Shown here: piece after piece, positions 46,332-55,467 of the stretch
How positions within the stretch are numbered: the stretch's first letter is position 1
How the letters are laid out: every line of letters starts with the position of its first letter
Origin: Minisyncoccota bacterium
GTDB taxonomy: Bacteria > Patescibacteriota > Minisyncoccia > UBA6257 > JAGOQP01
Length of the DNA: 64,000 nt
Reading direction: 5' to 3'
NCBI GenBank assembly: GCA_041661795.1
Contig: JBAZTS010000002.1
Coordinates: forward strand, 36,263-100,262
Notes under the pieces: model-generated
What the model saw: the letters and a program-made list of their open reading frames with translations, nothing else
What the model was told of the DNA's origin: nothing
Databases searched by the model: none
Position numbers and translations under genes: made by a program

Positions 46332-46817
46332 TTATTTTATCTTCTGTATTGAAACATCATCTTCTTTTTGAATGGACAATTTGTCTATAGTTCCGGCATT
46401 TATTTCTAAGACCATATCAATTAATTGCTGAGGTAAAATTGTTATCGGATCTTCTCCGTTTTTTGGGTAATCAACATTTTTATCTACTCTCACCACTTTA
46501 TTGTTATTAATCCAGACAAAGTCCAGCGGGAATTTCATTTCTCTCATTGAAAATCCAACCGCCTGGCTTGTTCCAAAAATGAATAACATTCCTTTATCTT
46601 CTTCCATGAAAACTACTCCAGAAAGGCCTTGCGCTTTTTTATATGAAGAAGCCGAAACTTGAGCTTCTATTTCTTTTCCGTTGATTGATATTATGGCCGT
46701 GTTTTCGTCGTTCCATTCTATTTCTCCCTTTTGATAATAATTACTTACGATAAACCAAATCAAAAACAGCAAAGCAACGGAGATTATTATGATGAATAAA
46801 ATAGTAATCATTTTCAT
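46332..46817 (-). CDS. DUF192 domain protein
   Basis: GLSGVVFMEEDKGMLFIF...MREMKFPLDFVWIN...VLEINAG matches the DUF192 pattern. Confidence 0.75.
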   Translation of the reverse strand: MKMITILFIIIISVALLFLIWFIVSNYYQKGEIEWNDENTAIISINGKEIEAQVSASSYKKAQGLSGVVFMEEDKGMLFIFGTSQAVGFSMREMKFPLDFVWINNNKVVRVDKNVDYPKNGEDPITILPQQLIDMVLEINAGTIDKLSIQKEDDVSIQKIK

Positions 46818-46833
46818 GGGTTTTATTATTTCG

Positions 46834-46930
46834 TTTCAGAAAAGGTTTTGGGGCACGGGTATTTTTCTGCTGAAAAATCCCTCAAGCTCAGCCCGTCGGC
46901 TTCCGCACGGTCCCAAAACCTTTTCTAAAA
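46834..46930 (-). repeat. 97-nt structured motif, copy B (ends 16 nt upstream of the DUF192 start codon)
   Basis: Its reverse complement aligns without gaps to 18363-18459 (81/97). Changes in the outer stem and the inner hairpin are compensatory. Confidence 0.75.
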
Positions 46931-46955
46931 CTACAAATATGTTAAAATCATTATT

Positions 46956-47384
46956 ATGAAAAATTATCTATATATAGCAATTGTGTTGGTTTTAGTTATC
47001 GGGGGAATCGTATATAATTCTTATAATAAAAATAACATAAATAATATGAGTAATACACAAGAGGGACTTATTATTGAGGACTTGATAGTTGGCGGTGGAA
47101 AAGAGGCGCAGGTTAAAGATAGTGTGGTGGTGAATTATGTAGGCACTCTTACCGATGGAACTAAGTTTGATAGCTCTTATGATAGAGGTCAGCCATTTCC
47201 TTTTATACTGGGAGCGGGCGACGTCATAAAGGGTTGGGACAAGGGAGTTTTAGGGATGAAAGTCGGTGGTAAAAGAAAATTAACAATTTCTCCCGAACTG
47301 GCTTATGGCGACAGTGGAGCCGGGTCAATTATCCCTCCCAACGCCACCTTGATATTTGAAGTTGAGTTATTAAAAGTTGAATAG
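46956..47384 (+). CDS. FKBP-type peptidyl-prolyl cis-trans isomerase
   Basis: [37 protein letters not shown]...[14 protein letters not shown]. Confidence 0.9.
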   Translation: MKNYLYIAIVLVLVIGGIVYNSYNKNNINNMSNTQEGLIIEDLIVGGGKEAQVKDSVVVNYVGTLTDGTKFDSSYDRGQPFPFILGAGDVIKGWDKGVLGMKVGGKRKLTISPELAYGDSGAGSIIPPNATLIFEVELLKVE

Positions 47385-47386
47385 AA

Positions 47387-48235
47387 ATGAAAATGAGGAT
47401 TGGGGCTCATGTTTCTGCTTCCGGAGGTTTAGGAGAAACGATAAAGAGAGCTAAAGAAATAGGTGCTAACACCATTCAAATTTTTGGCGCTTCTCCTGTC
47501 AGATGGCAAGCGTCTTTACCGGATAAAAAAGAGGCGGAAAAATTTTATTTAGAAGCAAAAGAAAACGACATCTTACCTATTTTTCTTCATGCCCCCTATC
47601 TTATTAATTTACCCAGTCAAAAAGAAAATTTACCCTCTCTTTCAAAAAATCTTTTAAAAAAACATTTGGAAATATCAAATGCCATTAAAGCCAATGGTGT
47701 TATTTTTCATATAGGTTCTAGGGGAGACAGGGAAGAAAAAGAAGGTCTAAAAATTGTAATTGATTCAATTAAACAAATATTAGAAGACGTTAAAGAAGGA
47801 AATCTTCTGATAGAAAACAGCGCTGGAGCTGGAAATTTGGTTGGTGACACCTTAGAAGAGATATCGGAAATCATAAAGAGTGTGAAAAGTAATCGCTTAG
47901 GAATGTGTTTGGATACGGCTCACGCTTTTGAATCGGGAATACTTCCCGACTATTCCAAAAAATCCATTGATGAATTTTCAAAAAAAATTGATAAGTTAAT
48001 CGGATTTGATAAGATTTTGGCTGTCCATCTTAACGACAGCAAAACGCCCTCTTTCTCAAACAAAGACAGACATGAAAATATAGGGGAGGGAATGATAGGA
48101 AAAGAGGGTATAAAGAATTTTATTAACCATAAGGACTTTAAAAAACTCCCATTTCTTCTTGAAGTTCCCGGGTTTGACGATAATGGACCGGATAAAAAGA
48201 ATATTGATATAGTCAAATCTCTCGTGGTAGAATAA
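47387..48235 (+). CDS. nfo: Deoxyribonuclease IV (endonuclease IV)
   Basis: IGAHVS, FLHAPYLINL, IENSAG, CLDTAHAF, HLNDS, DRHENIG and LLEVP. Confidence 0.9.
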   Translation: MKMRIGAHVSASGGLGETIKRAKEIGANTIQIFGASPVRWQASLPDKKEAEKFYLEAKENDILPIFLHAPYLINLPSQKENLPSLSKNLLKKHLEISNAIKANGVIFHIGSRGDREEKEGLKIVIDSIKQILEDVKEGNLLIENSAGAGNLVGDTLEEISEIIKSVKSNRLGMCLDTAHAFESGILPDYSKKSIDEFSKKIDKLIGFDKILAVHLNDSKTPSFSNKDRHENIGEGMIGKEGIKNFINHKDFKKLPFLLEVPGFDDNGPDKKNIDIVKSLVVE

Positions 48236-48240
48236 GCAAG

Positions 48241-48321
48241 ATGAATAAGAAAAGAAAAATTGCCGGCAGGAAACACGCTAAAAAAGCTGGCAAGAAGATA
48301 AAGTCAATTCGTAACCGTTAA
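48241..48321 (+). CDS. 26-aa basic micro-ORF (MNKKRKIAGRKHAKKAGKKIKSIRNR)
   Basis: ATG-initiated ORF that fills the nfo to HAD gap. No SD visible. Composition resembles the 10277 micro-ORF. Confidence 0.3.
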   Translation: MNKKRKIAGRKHAKKAGKKIKSIRNR

Positions 48322-48326
48322 GGTTT

Positions 48327-48998
48327 ATGAAACCCCTGGCTATATTTGATATAGACGGAACTATATTTAGAAGCTCTTTAGTTATAGAACTTAACAGGGC
48401 TTTAGTTAAATATGGTGTTTTTCCTCCGATAGTGGAAAAGGAGATAGAACATCATTATATAAAGTGGGTGAATAGAAAAGGTGACTATGATGATTATATC
48501 AATCAAGTTATTAAGGCATTTGATAAAAGGATAGAGGGATGTTCGGTGGAGGATATAAAAAGAGTCAGTGAGGTTGTTATCAAGGAACAGAAAGATAAAG
48601 TATATCGTTTCACTAGAGATCTTATAAAAGAAATAAAAAAGAAGTATGTTTTGGTGGCTATTTCCGGGTCTCCTATTGAAATTGTAAAGATATTTGCAAG
48701 AAAATGGGGATTTGAAGTTTTTTATGGAACTTTCCATTATTCTAAAAATGGAAGATATACCGGTGAAATTAACGTGCCGGCAAGAAACAAAGAGAAAGTA
48801 GTTCTTGATTTGAAAAATAAAACTGGTTGGAGTTTAAAAAACTCTATTGGTGTAGGGGATACTGAAACTGATATCGGATTTTTGAAATTAGTTTCTAAAC
48901 CAATTTGTTTTAATCCCAACAAAAAACTTTACAATATCGCTAAAAAGAACGATTGGAAGATTGTTGTTGAAAGAAAAGACATGGTCTACAAAATATAA
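48327..48998 (+). CDS. HAD-IB family hydrolase
   Basis: FDIDGTIF motif I, SGSP motif II, GVGDTETD motif IV. Confidence 0.75.
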   Translation: MKPLAIFDIDGTIFRSSLVIELNRALVKYGVFPPIVEKEIEHHYIKWVNRKGDYDDYINQVIKAFDKRIEGCSVEDIKRVSEVVIKEQKDKVYRFTRDLIKEIKKKYVLVAISGSPIEIVKIFARKWGFEVFYGTFHYSKNGRYTGEINVPARNKEKVVLDLKNKTGWSLKNSIGVGDTETDIGFLKLVSKPICFNPNKKLYNIAKKNDWKIVVERKDMVYKI

Positions 48999-49663
48999 TG
49001 TTATACGTTGTTTCTACTCCAGTCGGTAATTTAAAAGATATTTCGGAACGTGCTTTAGAAACATTGAAAAATGTTGATTTTATAATTGCTGAAAGTCCGA
49101 CCGACTCAATAAAACTTCTTAACGCTTATTCTATAAAAAAAGAAATAGTTAAGTATAACGACAAAAATAACAAGTTGGTTGTTAATAAAATTGTTGAACG
49201 GCTGGAGAATGAAAATGCCGCTTATATAACGTCTGCTGGAACTCCTGGCATAAGTGATCCTGGTGCTGATTTGGTTAAAAAAACAAGAGAAACTGGAGTG
49301 ATAATAAATATAATTCCTGGAGCATCGGCTTTAGTTAGTGCCGTTGCCGTTTCTGGAATAAGAGCCAAGCTGTTTACATTTATTAGTTTTCCGCCAAAAA
49401 AATCGGGGCAGATGAAAAATTTTTTTGATGAATATAAAGAAAGAAAAGAAGTTTTGGTATTTTTTGAATCAACCCATCGTATATTAAAAACTTTAAATAT
49501 TTTAAAAGAAACAGTGCCTGATTGTTATGTTTGTGTAGCCAAAGAAATGACCAAGATATTTGAAAATTATTTTACCGGAAGTCCACAGGAGGTTATTGAT
49601 AAAATTAGTGAATTGCCTAAAAACGTAAGAGGGGAGTTTACGATTGTGATTGACTTTAAATAA
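48998..49663 (+). CDS. rsmI: 16S rRNA (cytidine1402-2'-O)-methyltransferase
   Basis: LYVVSTPVGNLKDIS, AGTPGISDPG and FESTHR. Confidence 0.9.
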   Translation: MLYVVSTPVGNLKDISERALETLKNVDFIIAESPTDSIKLLNAYSIKKEIVKYNDKNNKLVVNKIVERLENENAAYITSAGTPGISDPGADLVKKTRETGVIINIIPGASALVSAVAVSGIRAKLFTFISFPPKKSGQMKNFFDEYKERKEVLVFFESTHRILKTLNILKETVPDCYVCVAKEMTKIFENYFTGSPQEVIDKISELPKNVRGEFTIVIDFK

Positions 49664-49698
49664 ATAAAAAGATATTTTTCTGTTAAGGGGGATGGATA

Positions 49699-49926
49699 AT
49701 GGCTAGAAGAAAACCGGCAAGATCGATAACCATAGATAGGATGACAAGGATGATTTGCGGAGTGCTGATTCCGTCAATTATCCTTCCTCGACTACAAGAG
49801 GCGGAAGACATCGCCCTTCGGACTCTGGGGGCTTTAGGAAAGTCCCAGAGTGAAGCTCGTCATCTTTTCTGGGTGGCTATTGAGACACTCGCCAAGAGTG
49901 AGCAGATTTCCAACGGCACGCAATAG
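49699..49926 (+). CDS. GC-rich 75-aa hypothetical protein (compositionally foreign island E)
   Basis: AAGGGGGA lies 6 nt upstream of the ATG. A GC-clamped terminator (aggcgcggaac-ttg-ttccgcgcct) follows. The sequence is visibly more GC-rich than its flanks. Confidence 0.45.
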   Translation: MARRKPARSITIDRMTRMICGVLIPSIILPRLQEAEDIALRTLGALGKSQSEARHLFWVAIETLAKSEQISNGTQ

Positions 49927-49975
49927 ACAGCTCTTTCCAACTATAGGCGCGGAACTTGTTCCGCGCCTTCTGCAT

Positions 49976-51133
<1,158 letters not shown>

Positions 51134-51146
51134 TTATAATAATCAT

Positions 51147-51172
51147 ATACCGAATACAGTATACCGTATACC
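51147..51172. repeat. 26-nt word repeat (ataccgaatacagtataccgtatacc)
   Basis: 24/26 identical to the reverse complement of 38142-38167. Related words (cgatatacggtctacggtttacagt) recur at 51226-51250, inside the 5' end of the next gene. Confidence 0.7.
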
Positions 51173-51178
51173 GCAAAA

Positions 51179-52666
51179 ATGACTAAGTATATTAAATCTA
51201 AATTAAATAGTTGCTTTTCTTATCCCGATATACGGTCTACGGTTTACAGTTCCCGTTCCTTCACCCTTGTAGAACTCCTCGTCGTCATAGGTATCCTAGC
51301 AGTCCTTACTACAGCAGTCGTTATCATCCTCAATCCTGCTGATTATCTTGCTCAATCTCGTGACTCTAGAAGAATGAATGACCTCTCTCTCCTCAATAAC
51401 TCTCTCCAGAACTTAGAAGCCATAGACCCTACCATATCTTTTGGAACATCTCTTACCGTCTATATCTCCATCCCAGACGATGCTTCTTCTACCTGTGGAA
51501 CCTTAGGATTACCCAATCTTTCTTCAGGATATACATATAACTGTGTCTCTACAGCTAATCTCACCAAAACAGATGGTACAGGTTGGGTTCCTGTCAACTT
51601 TACTACTCAATCTATTGTTCAATTATCTGCTCTTCCTATAGATCCTACTAATACCCCTACAGATGGACTTTATTATACATATACTCCTGGAGGGAGTTGG
51701 CATCTAAGATCTATTCTTGAATCATCTAAATATCAATCCAAAGCTCTAAACGATGGAGGCACATCAGACAACGCCTTTGAAACAGGAACGAACATGGCTC
51801 TTGCTCCAGCAGTATTCCCCAACAACTGGATAAAGGTTCCCGGAAGCTCCACATACAATACCTCTGATTTTTGGGTTATGAAGTATGAGGCCAAGTATGA
51901 CAAGGATAATGATGGAAAAGGAGATGCAACATCATATTGTAGATACGGTGGTTATAATTCAATTTCTATTGGTTGTGTTACTGGTGGCAGTTTTATATCC
52001 TCAGCTTATGGTTTTCCTGTTGCTACCGCTTATTCTGCTTCTGACGCTAACAATGCCTGTTCTTCTACCGGTGCTCATCTTGTTACAAATAACGAATGGA
52101 TGACGATCGCCAGAAATGTAGAACAAGTTGATTCCAACTGGACAGGCGGTTCTGTTGGTTCCGGAAAATTATTTATTGGCAACTATGGTTATTGTTATGG
52201 AGTTAGTAATTGCTATACCTTTAGTGGCACGTTTCAAGATTATGGAACTAATAGAAACTCAAGAGCAAAGTTGACTCTTTCCAATAAGGAAGAAATATAT
52301 GACTTTTCTGGTAATATGGCCGAAAATGTAAAACTCGGATCTTCTTTTGCTATTACCGAAGCAAATCATCCGGATGCGATCAGTATAGGAGATTGGGCCA
52401 ATAATGATTTTTTATCTCTTACTAGTTATGGAGATTTTTCTTCTTATGATAATCTAGGACCATCTGATGACTCATGGACTAATGCCAGTCAAGGAGTTGG
52501 ATATATGTATCATTGCGATGGATGTTCTTCTGGTGGCGCCTCAACAATAATTAGAGGAGGATCAGTTGATTCTCAAGCCGCTGGAGCTCCTGGAATATAT
52601 ACGATTCGTCTGCGTTATATAGGTGGCGATTATAATGCTTATAGTGGTTTTCGCTGCGCTAAATAA
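51179..52666 (+). CDS. Type IV pilin-like protein with C-terminal FGE/SUMF1-type (C-type-lectin fold) domain
   Basis: SFTLVELLVVIGILAVLTTAVV pilin helix. The C-terminal domain carries FWVMKYE, GAHLVTNNEWMTIAR and RGGS...GFRCAK. Confidence 0.75.
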   Translation: MTKYIKSKLNSCFSYPDIRSTVYSSRSFTLVELLVVIGILAVLTTAVVIILNPADYLAQSRDSRRMNDLSLLNNSLQNLEAIDPTISFGTSLTVYISIPDDASSTCGTLGLPNLSSGYTYNCVSTANLTKTDGTGWVPVNFTTQSIVQLSALPIDPTNTPTDGLYYTYTPGGSWHLRSILESSKYQSKALNDGGTSDNAFETGTNMALAPAVFPNNWIKVPGSSTYNTSDFWVMKYEAKYDKDNDGKGDATSYCRYGGYNSISIGCVTGGSFISSAYGFPVATAYSASDANNACSSTGAHLVTNNEWMTIARNVEQVDSNWTGGSVGSGKLFIGNYGYCYGVSNCYTFSGTFQDYGTNRNSRAKLTLSNKEEIYDFSGNMAENVKLGSSFAITEANHPDAISIGDWANNDFLSLTSYGDFSSYDNLGPSDDSWTNASQGVGYMYHCDGCSSGGASTIIRGGSVDSQAAGAPGIYTIRLRYIGGDYNAYSGFRCAK

Positions 52667-52668
52667 TT

Positions 52669-54618
52669 TTATGAAGATGCTTTTTTAATTGCCTCCATTT
52701 CTTTTTTTATTTGAGTAGCTTTTTCAAACTGTAAATTTCTCTGTGCCATTTCCAGTTTTTGCCTTAATTCTTTCAAATAATCCCTCTTAAATTCACTGCT
52801 GATATTTTTGAACTCTTCGCTTTTCTCTTCTTTATTATCTAATAATGTATTTTTTATTTCTTTTATTATGGCCTGTGGCTTTTTATTGTGTTTGCGATTA
52901 TATTCCTGCTGAATTTTTCTTCTTCTGTCCATTTCGGATATTGCTCCTTTCATTGATTTAGTAGTTTTGTCGGCATACATAATCACATGGCTGTTTAAGT
53001 TTCTGGCAGATCTTCCGGCAATTTGAATGAAAGAAGTTTTATCTCTTAAAAATCCTTCTTTGTCGGCGTCTAAAATAGCTATTAATGAAACTTCAGGTAA
53101 ATCCAATCCCTCTCTTAATAAGTTTATCCCAACCAGAACATCAAACTTTCCGGTTCTCAAATCAAAAAGAATTTTTGGTCTTTCCAATGTATCAATTTCG
53201 GAATGTAAAAACTCAGCTTTTATTTTTTTATCCTTAAAATGTTGAACTAGGGCTTCTGACAAGCGCTTGGTAAGAACAGTTACTAAAACTCTTTCTTTCC
53301 TTTTTATTCTTTCTTCTATTTCTTTTATTAAGTCAGGGATTTGATTTTCCGTGGGGCGAATCTCAGTTTCCGGGTCCAAAAGATAAGTTGGTCTGACAAT
53401 CTGTTGGGCAACCAAAGATGATTTTTCCAATTCATATTCAGCTGGGGTAGCCGAAGCAAACAAACATTTATTTATTTTTGAATGAAACTCGTTAAATTTA
53501 AGAGGTCGATTATCTAAGGCCGATGGTATGCGAAATCCGTGTTCTATAAGAGTTTCTTTTCTGGCTTTGTCGCCGTGATACATCCCTCTTACCTGAGGAA
53601 GAGTCATGTGGGACTCGTCTATAATCATCAAAAAATCTTTAGGAAAATAATCAATCAAAGTGAATGGGGGACTGTCTGGTTTTCTTCCCTCAAAATAACG
53701 GGAATAATTTTCAATTCCTTTACACCAGCCAACTTCAGATATCAAAGCCATATCATAATTAGTCCTTCTCTTGAGACGCTCGGCTTCTATCATTTTTCCT
53801 CTTTCCTGAAGTTTTTTAACTTGTTCTTCCAAATCCAAACGTATATTGGATATGGCTACTTGTCTTACACTCTCTTCCGATGACCAGAATTTTGCCGGAA
53901 ATAAATTAATTTCTTTTATATCTTTACTTTTTCCAAACGGCGCTTCCATTTCCACTATTTTCTCAATTGATTCGTGGTTTATCTTAAATCTGTATAAAAT
54001 ATCTCCTCCCGGGGGCCAAACATCTATAAACTCGGCCCTCTGTCTAAAATTTCCTCTCCAAAAACCAAATTCGTTTCTCTCAAACTGTAAAGTTAGTAAT
54101 TTTTTTAGAAGTTCTCTTTTAGTTGTTTTTTGACCCACTTTTATTTTTAAAGAAAGATTTTTGTATGCCTCTGGAGAACCCAAATTATAAATACAGGAAA
54201 CAGAAGCCACGATTATGGTGTTTGGATTTTTTAAAACTGATTGGACGGCCGCGTGTCTTAGTTTGTCTATCTCTTCATTAATTTGAACTTCCTTTTCTAT
54301 ATAAGTATCGGATGTGGGTAAGTAGGCCTCTGGTTGGTAGTAGTCGTAGTAGGAAACAAAATAATGGACATTGTCTTTAGGAAATATCATTTTAAATTCT
54401 TCATAAAGCTGGGCGGCTAAAGTTTTGTTATGGGAAATAACTAAGGTGGGCTTGTTAAGTGCCTGAATGGTGTGGGCCATAGTAAACGTTTTACCGCTTC
54501 CGGTAACTCCCAAAAGTGTCTGGAATTTATTGTTTTTACGGAACCCAGAAACTATCTGTTTTATAGCTTTGGGTTGATCGCCAGCTGGCTTTAGTTTTTT
54601 TGATATATTAAATGGCAT
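52669..54618 (-). CDS. uvrB: Excinuclease ABC subunit B
   Basis: PAGDQPKAI, GVTGSGKTFT, DESH, LREGLDLPEV and the C-terminal UVR domain. Confidence 0.97.
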   Translation of the reverse strand: MPFNISKKLKPAGDQPKAIKQIVSGFRKNNKFQTLLGVTGSGKTFTMAHTIQALNKPTLVISHNKTLAAQLYEEFKMIFPKDNVHYFVSYYDYYQPEAYLPTSDTYIEKEVQINEEIDKLRHAAVQSVLKNPNTIIVASVSCIYNLGSPEAYKNLSLKIKVGQKTTKRELLKKLLTLQFERNEFGFWRGNFRQRAEFIDVWPPGGDILYRFKINHESIEKIVEMEAPFGKSKDIKEINLFPAKFWSSEESVRQVAISNIRLDLEEQVKKLQERGKMIEAERLKRRTNYDMALISEVGWCKGIENYSRYFEGRKPDSPPFTLIDYFPKDFLMIIDESHMTLPQVRGMYHGDKARKETLIEHGFRIPSALDNRPLKFNEFHSKINKCLFASATPAEYELEKSSLVAQQIVRPTYLLDPETEIRPTENQIPDLIKEIEERIKRKERVLVTVLTKRLSEALVQHFKDKKIKAEFLHSEIDTLERPKILFDLRTGKFDVLVGINLLREGLDLPEVSLIAILDADKEGFLRDKTSFIQIAGRSARNLNSHVIMYADKTTKSMKGAISEMDRRRKIQQEYNRKHNKKPQAIIKEIKNTLLDNKEEKSEEFKNISSEFKRDYLKELRQKLEMAQRNLQFEKATQIKKEMEAIKKASS

Positions 54619-54626
54619 AATTTTCT

Positions 54627-54654
54627 GCCACCTTTTTGGTCAGAAAAAGGTGGC
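54627..54654 (-). promoter_or_regulatory. Perfect 11-bp hairpin that sequesters the uvrB Shine-Dalgarno
   Basis: Minus-strand RNA reads GCCACCUUUUU-cugacc-AAAAAGGUGGC followed by agaaaauu and AUG. The AAGGUGG SD is fully paired. Confidence 0.5.
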
Positions 54655-54842
54655 GCCAAAACTGACAACCCTGTATATCCTCTCAAACAAATGAAACAAA
54701 TATCTCGCTTTGTCTTGAACTCGTATCTGCTATACTCACACACTCAAGACACTAAAAGCTCATATTTGCTTTATTTGTTAGTGTTCGGACATACGGGTTG
54801 ATATTTAGCTAATAATAGCCCTAAATCTAGTGTTTGTTAATA

Positions 54843-54871
54843 TTGACTTATTAGTAATAATATGATATACT
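54843..54871 (+). promoter_or_regulatory. Sigma-70-type promoter TTGACT-17-TATACT for GC-rich island A
   Basis: ttgacttattagtaataatatgatatact. The AT-rich promoter abuts the GC-rich transcribed region. Confidence 0.55.
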
Positions 54872-54962
54872 CAAAACAAGTTTCGAAACCGCTTCACTGC
54901 CGTGAACAACACTACAGAAAGAGCGGTCGGAGCACTGCTCTTTCACAGAAAGGGGAACTTCG

Positions 54963-55361
54963 ATGAGTGGGATCGCTTGGTTTTTCGAGGTGTTCGCTCT
55001 GCTGTTTTTCGTGGGGACTCTGGGCGTTGCTTTCATCGGACGCCGCATCCTCAAGGCGGAGCAGGAGTCGTCGGTTCTGATGTCTTTCCTCCAGATCTGC
55101 AGTGGAGCGCTCTTCATCTTCTACGTTTTCGGACTGGGTCAACTCATGGCTCTGTCTGGACTGGAAGGTGCAAGGGCGCCCCGGTGGCTGATTCCGGGCA
55201 CCTACATCACTCTCACCATCTTCAGCGCGTTGACTCGGCTGGCTCTTCCAAGGTGGGGCAGTGACAACAAAGCGATGCAACTCTGGAGTGTCGTCAGCGT
55301 CCTGACGTTCCTACTCGGCACGTTCTGCCTCGGGGCGTACTCGTCCAACTACTTCGAGTAG
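54963..55361 (+). CDS. GC-rich 132-aa four-TM membrane protein (compositionally foreign island A)
   Basis: AAAGGGGAA SD. Four hydrophobic helices (WFFEVFALLFFVGTLGVAFI, LQICSGALFIFYVFGLGQLMAL, GTYITLTIFSALTRLAL, LWSVVSVLTFLLGTFCLGAY). Own terminator. Confidence 0.65.
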   Translation: MSGIAWFFEVFALLFFVGTLGVAFIGRRILKAEQESSVLMSFLQICSGALFIFYVFGLGQLMALSGLEGARAPRWLIPGTYITLTIFSALTRLALPRWGSDNKAMQLWSVVSVLTFLLGTFCLGAYSSNYFE

Positions 55362-55386
55362 GTCTCCTTCTTCAGCTCTTCAACTG

Positions 55387-55420
55387 GCGGCGTCTCTCAC
55401 GAGGCGCCGCACTGCTTTTT
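55387..55420 (+). terminator. Intrinsic terminator of island A
   Basis: gcggcgtctc-tcac-gaggcgccgc followed by a T-run. Confidence 0.7.
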
Positions 55421-55467
55421 ATATGGTTATAAAATTTATATAAATTTCCCCGTCAATATAAATCCGC

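Noticed and set aside
52530-52666. Calling a complete diversity-generating retroelement.
   Set aside because: Only a variable-region-like C-terminus is present. No reverse transcriptase ORF and no template repeat could be found anywhere in the 64 kb.
54851-55280. The 88-, 120- and 122-aa overlapping ORFs in island A.
   Set aside because: They overlap the SD-led four-TM ORF 54963-55361 in other frames or on the other strand. Their products are Arg/Ser/Pro-rich, composition-driven sequences.
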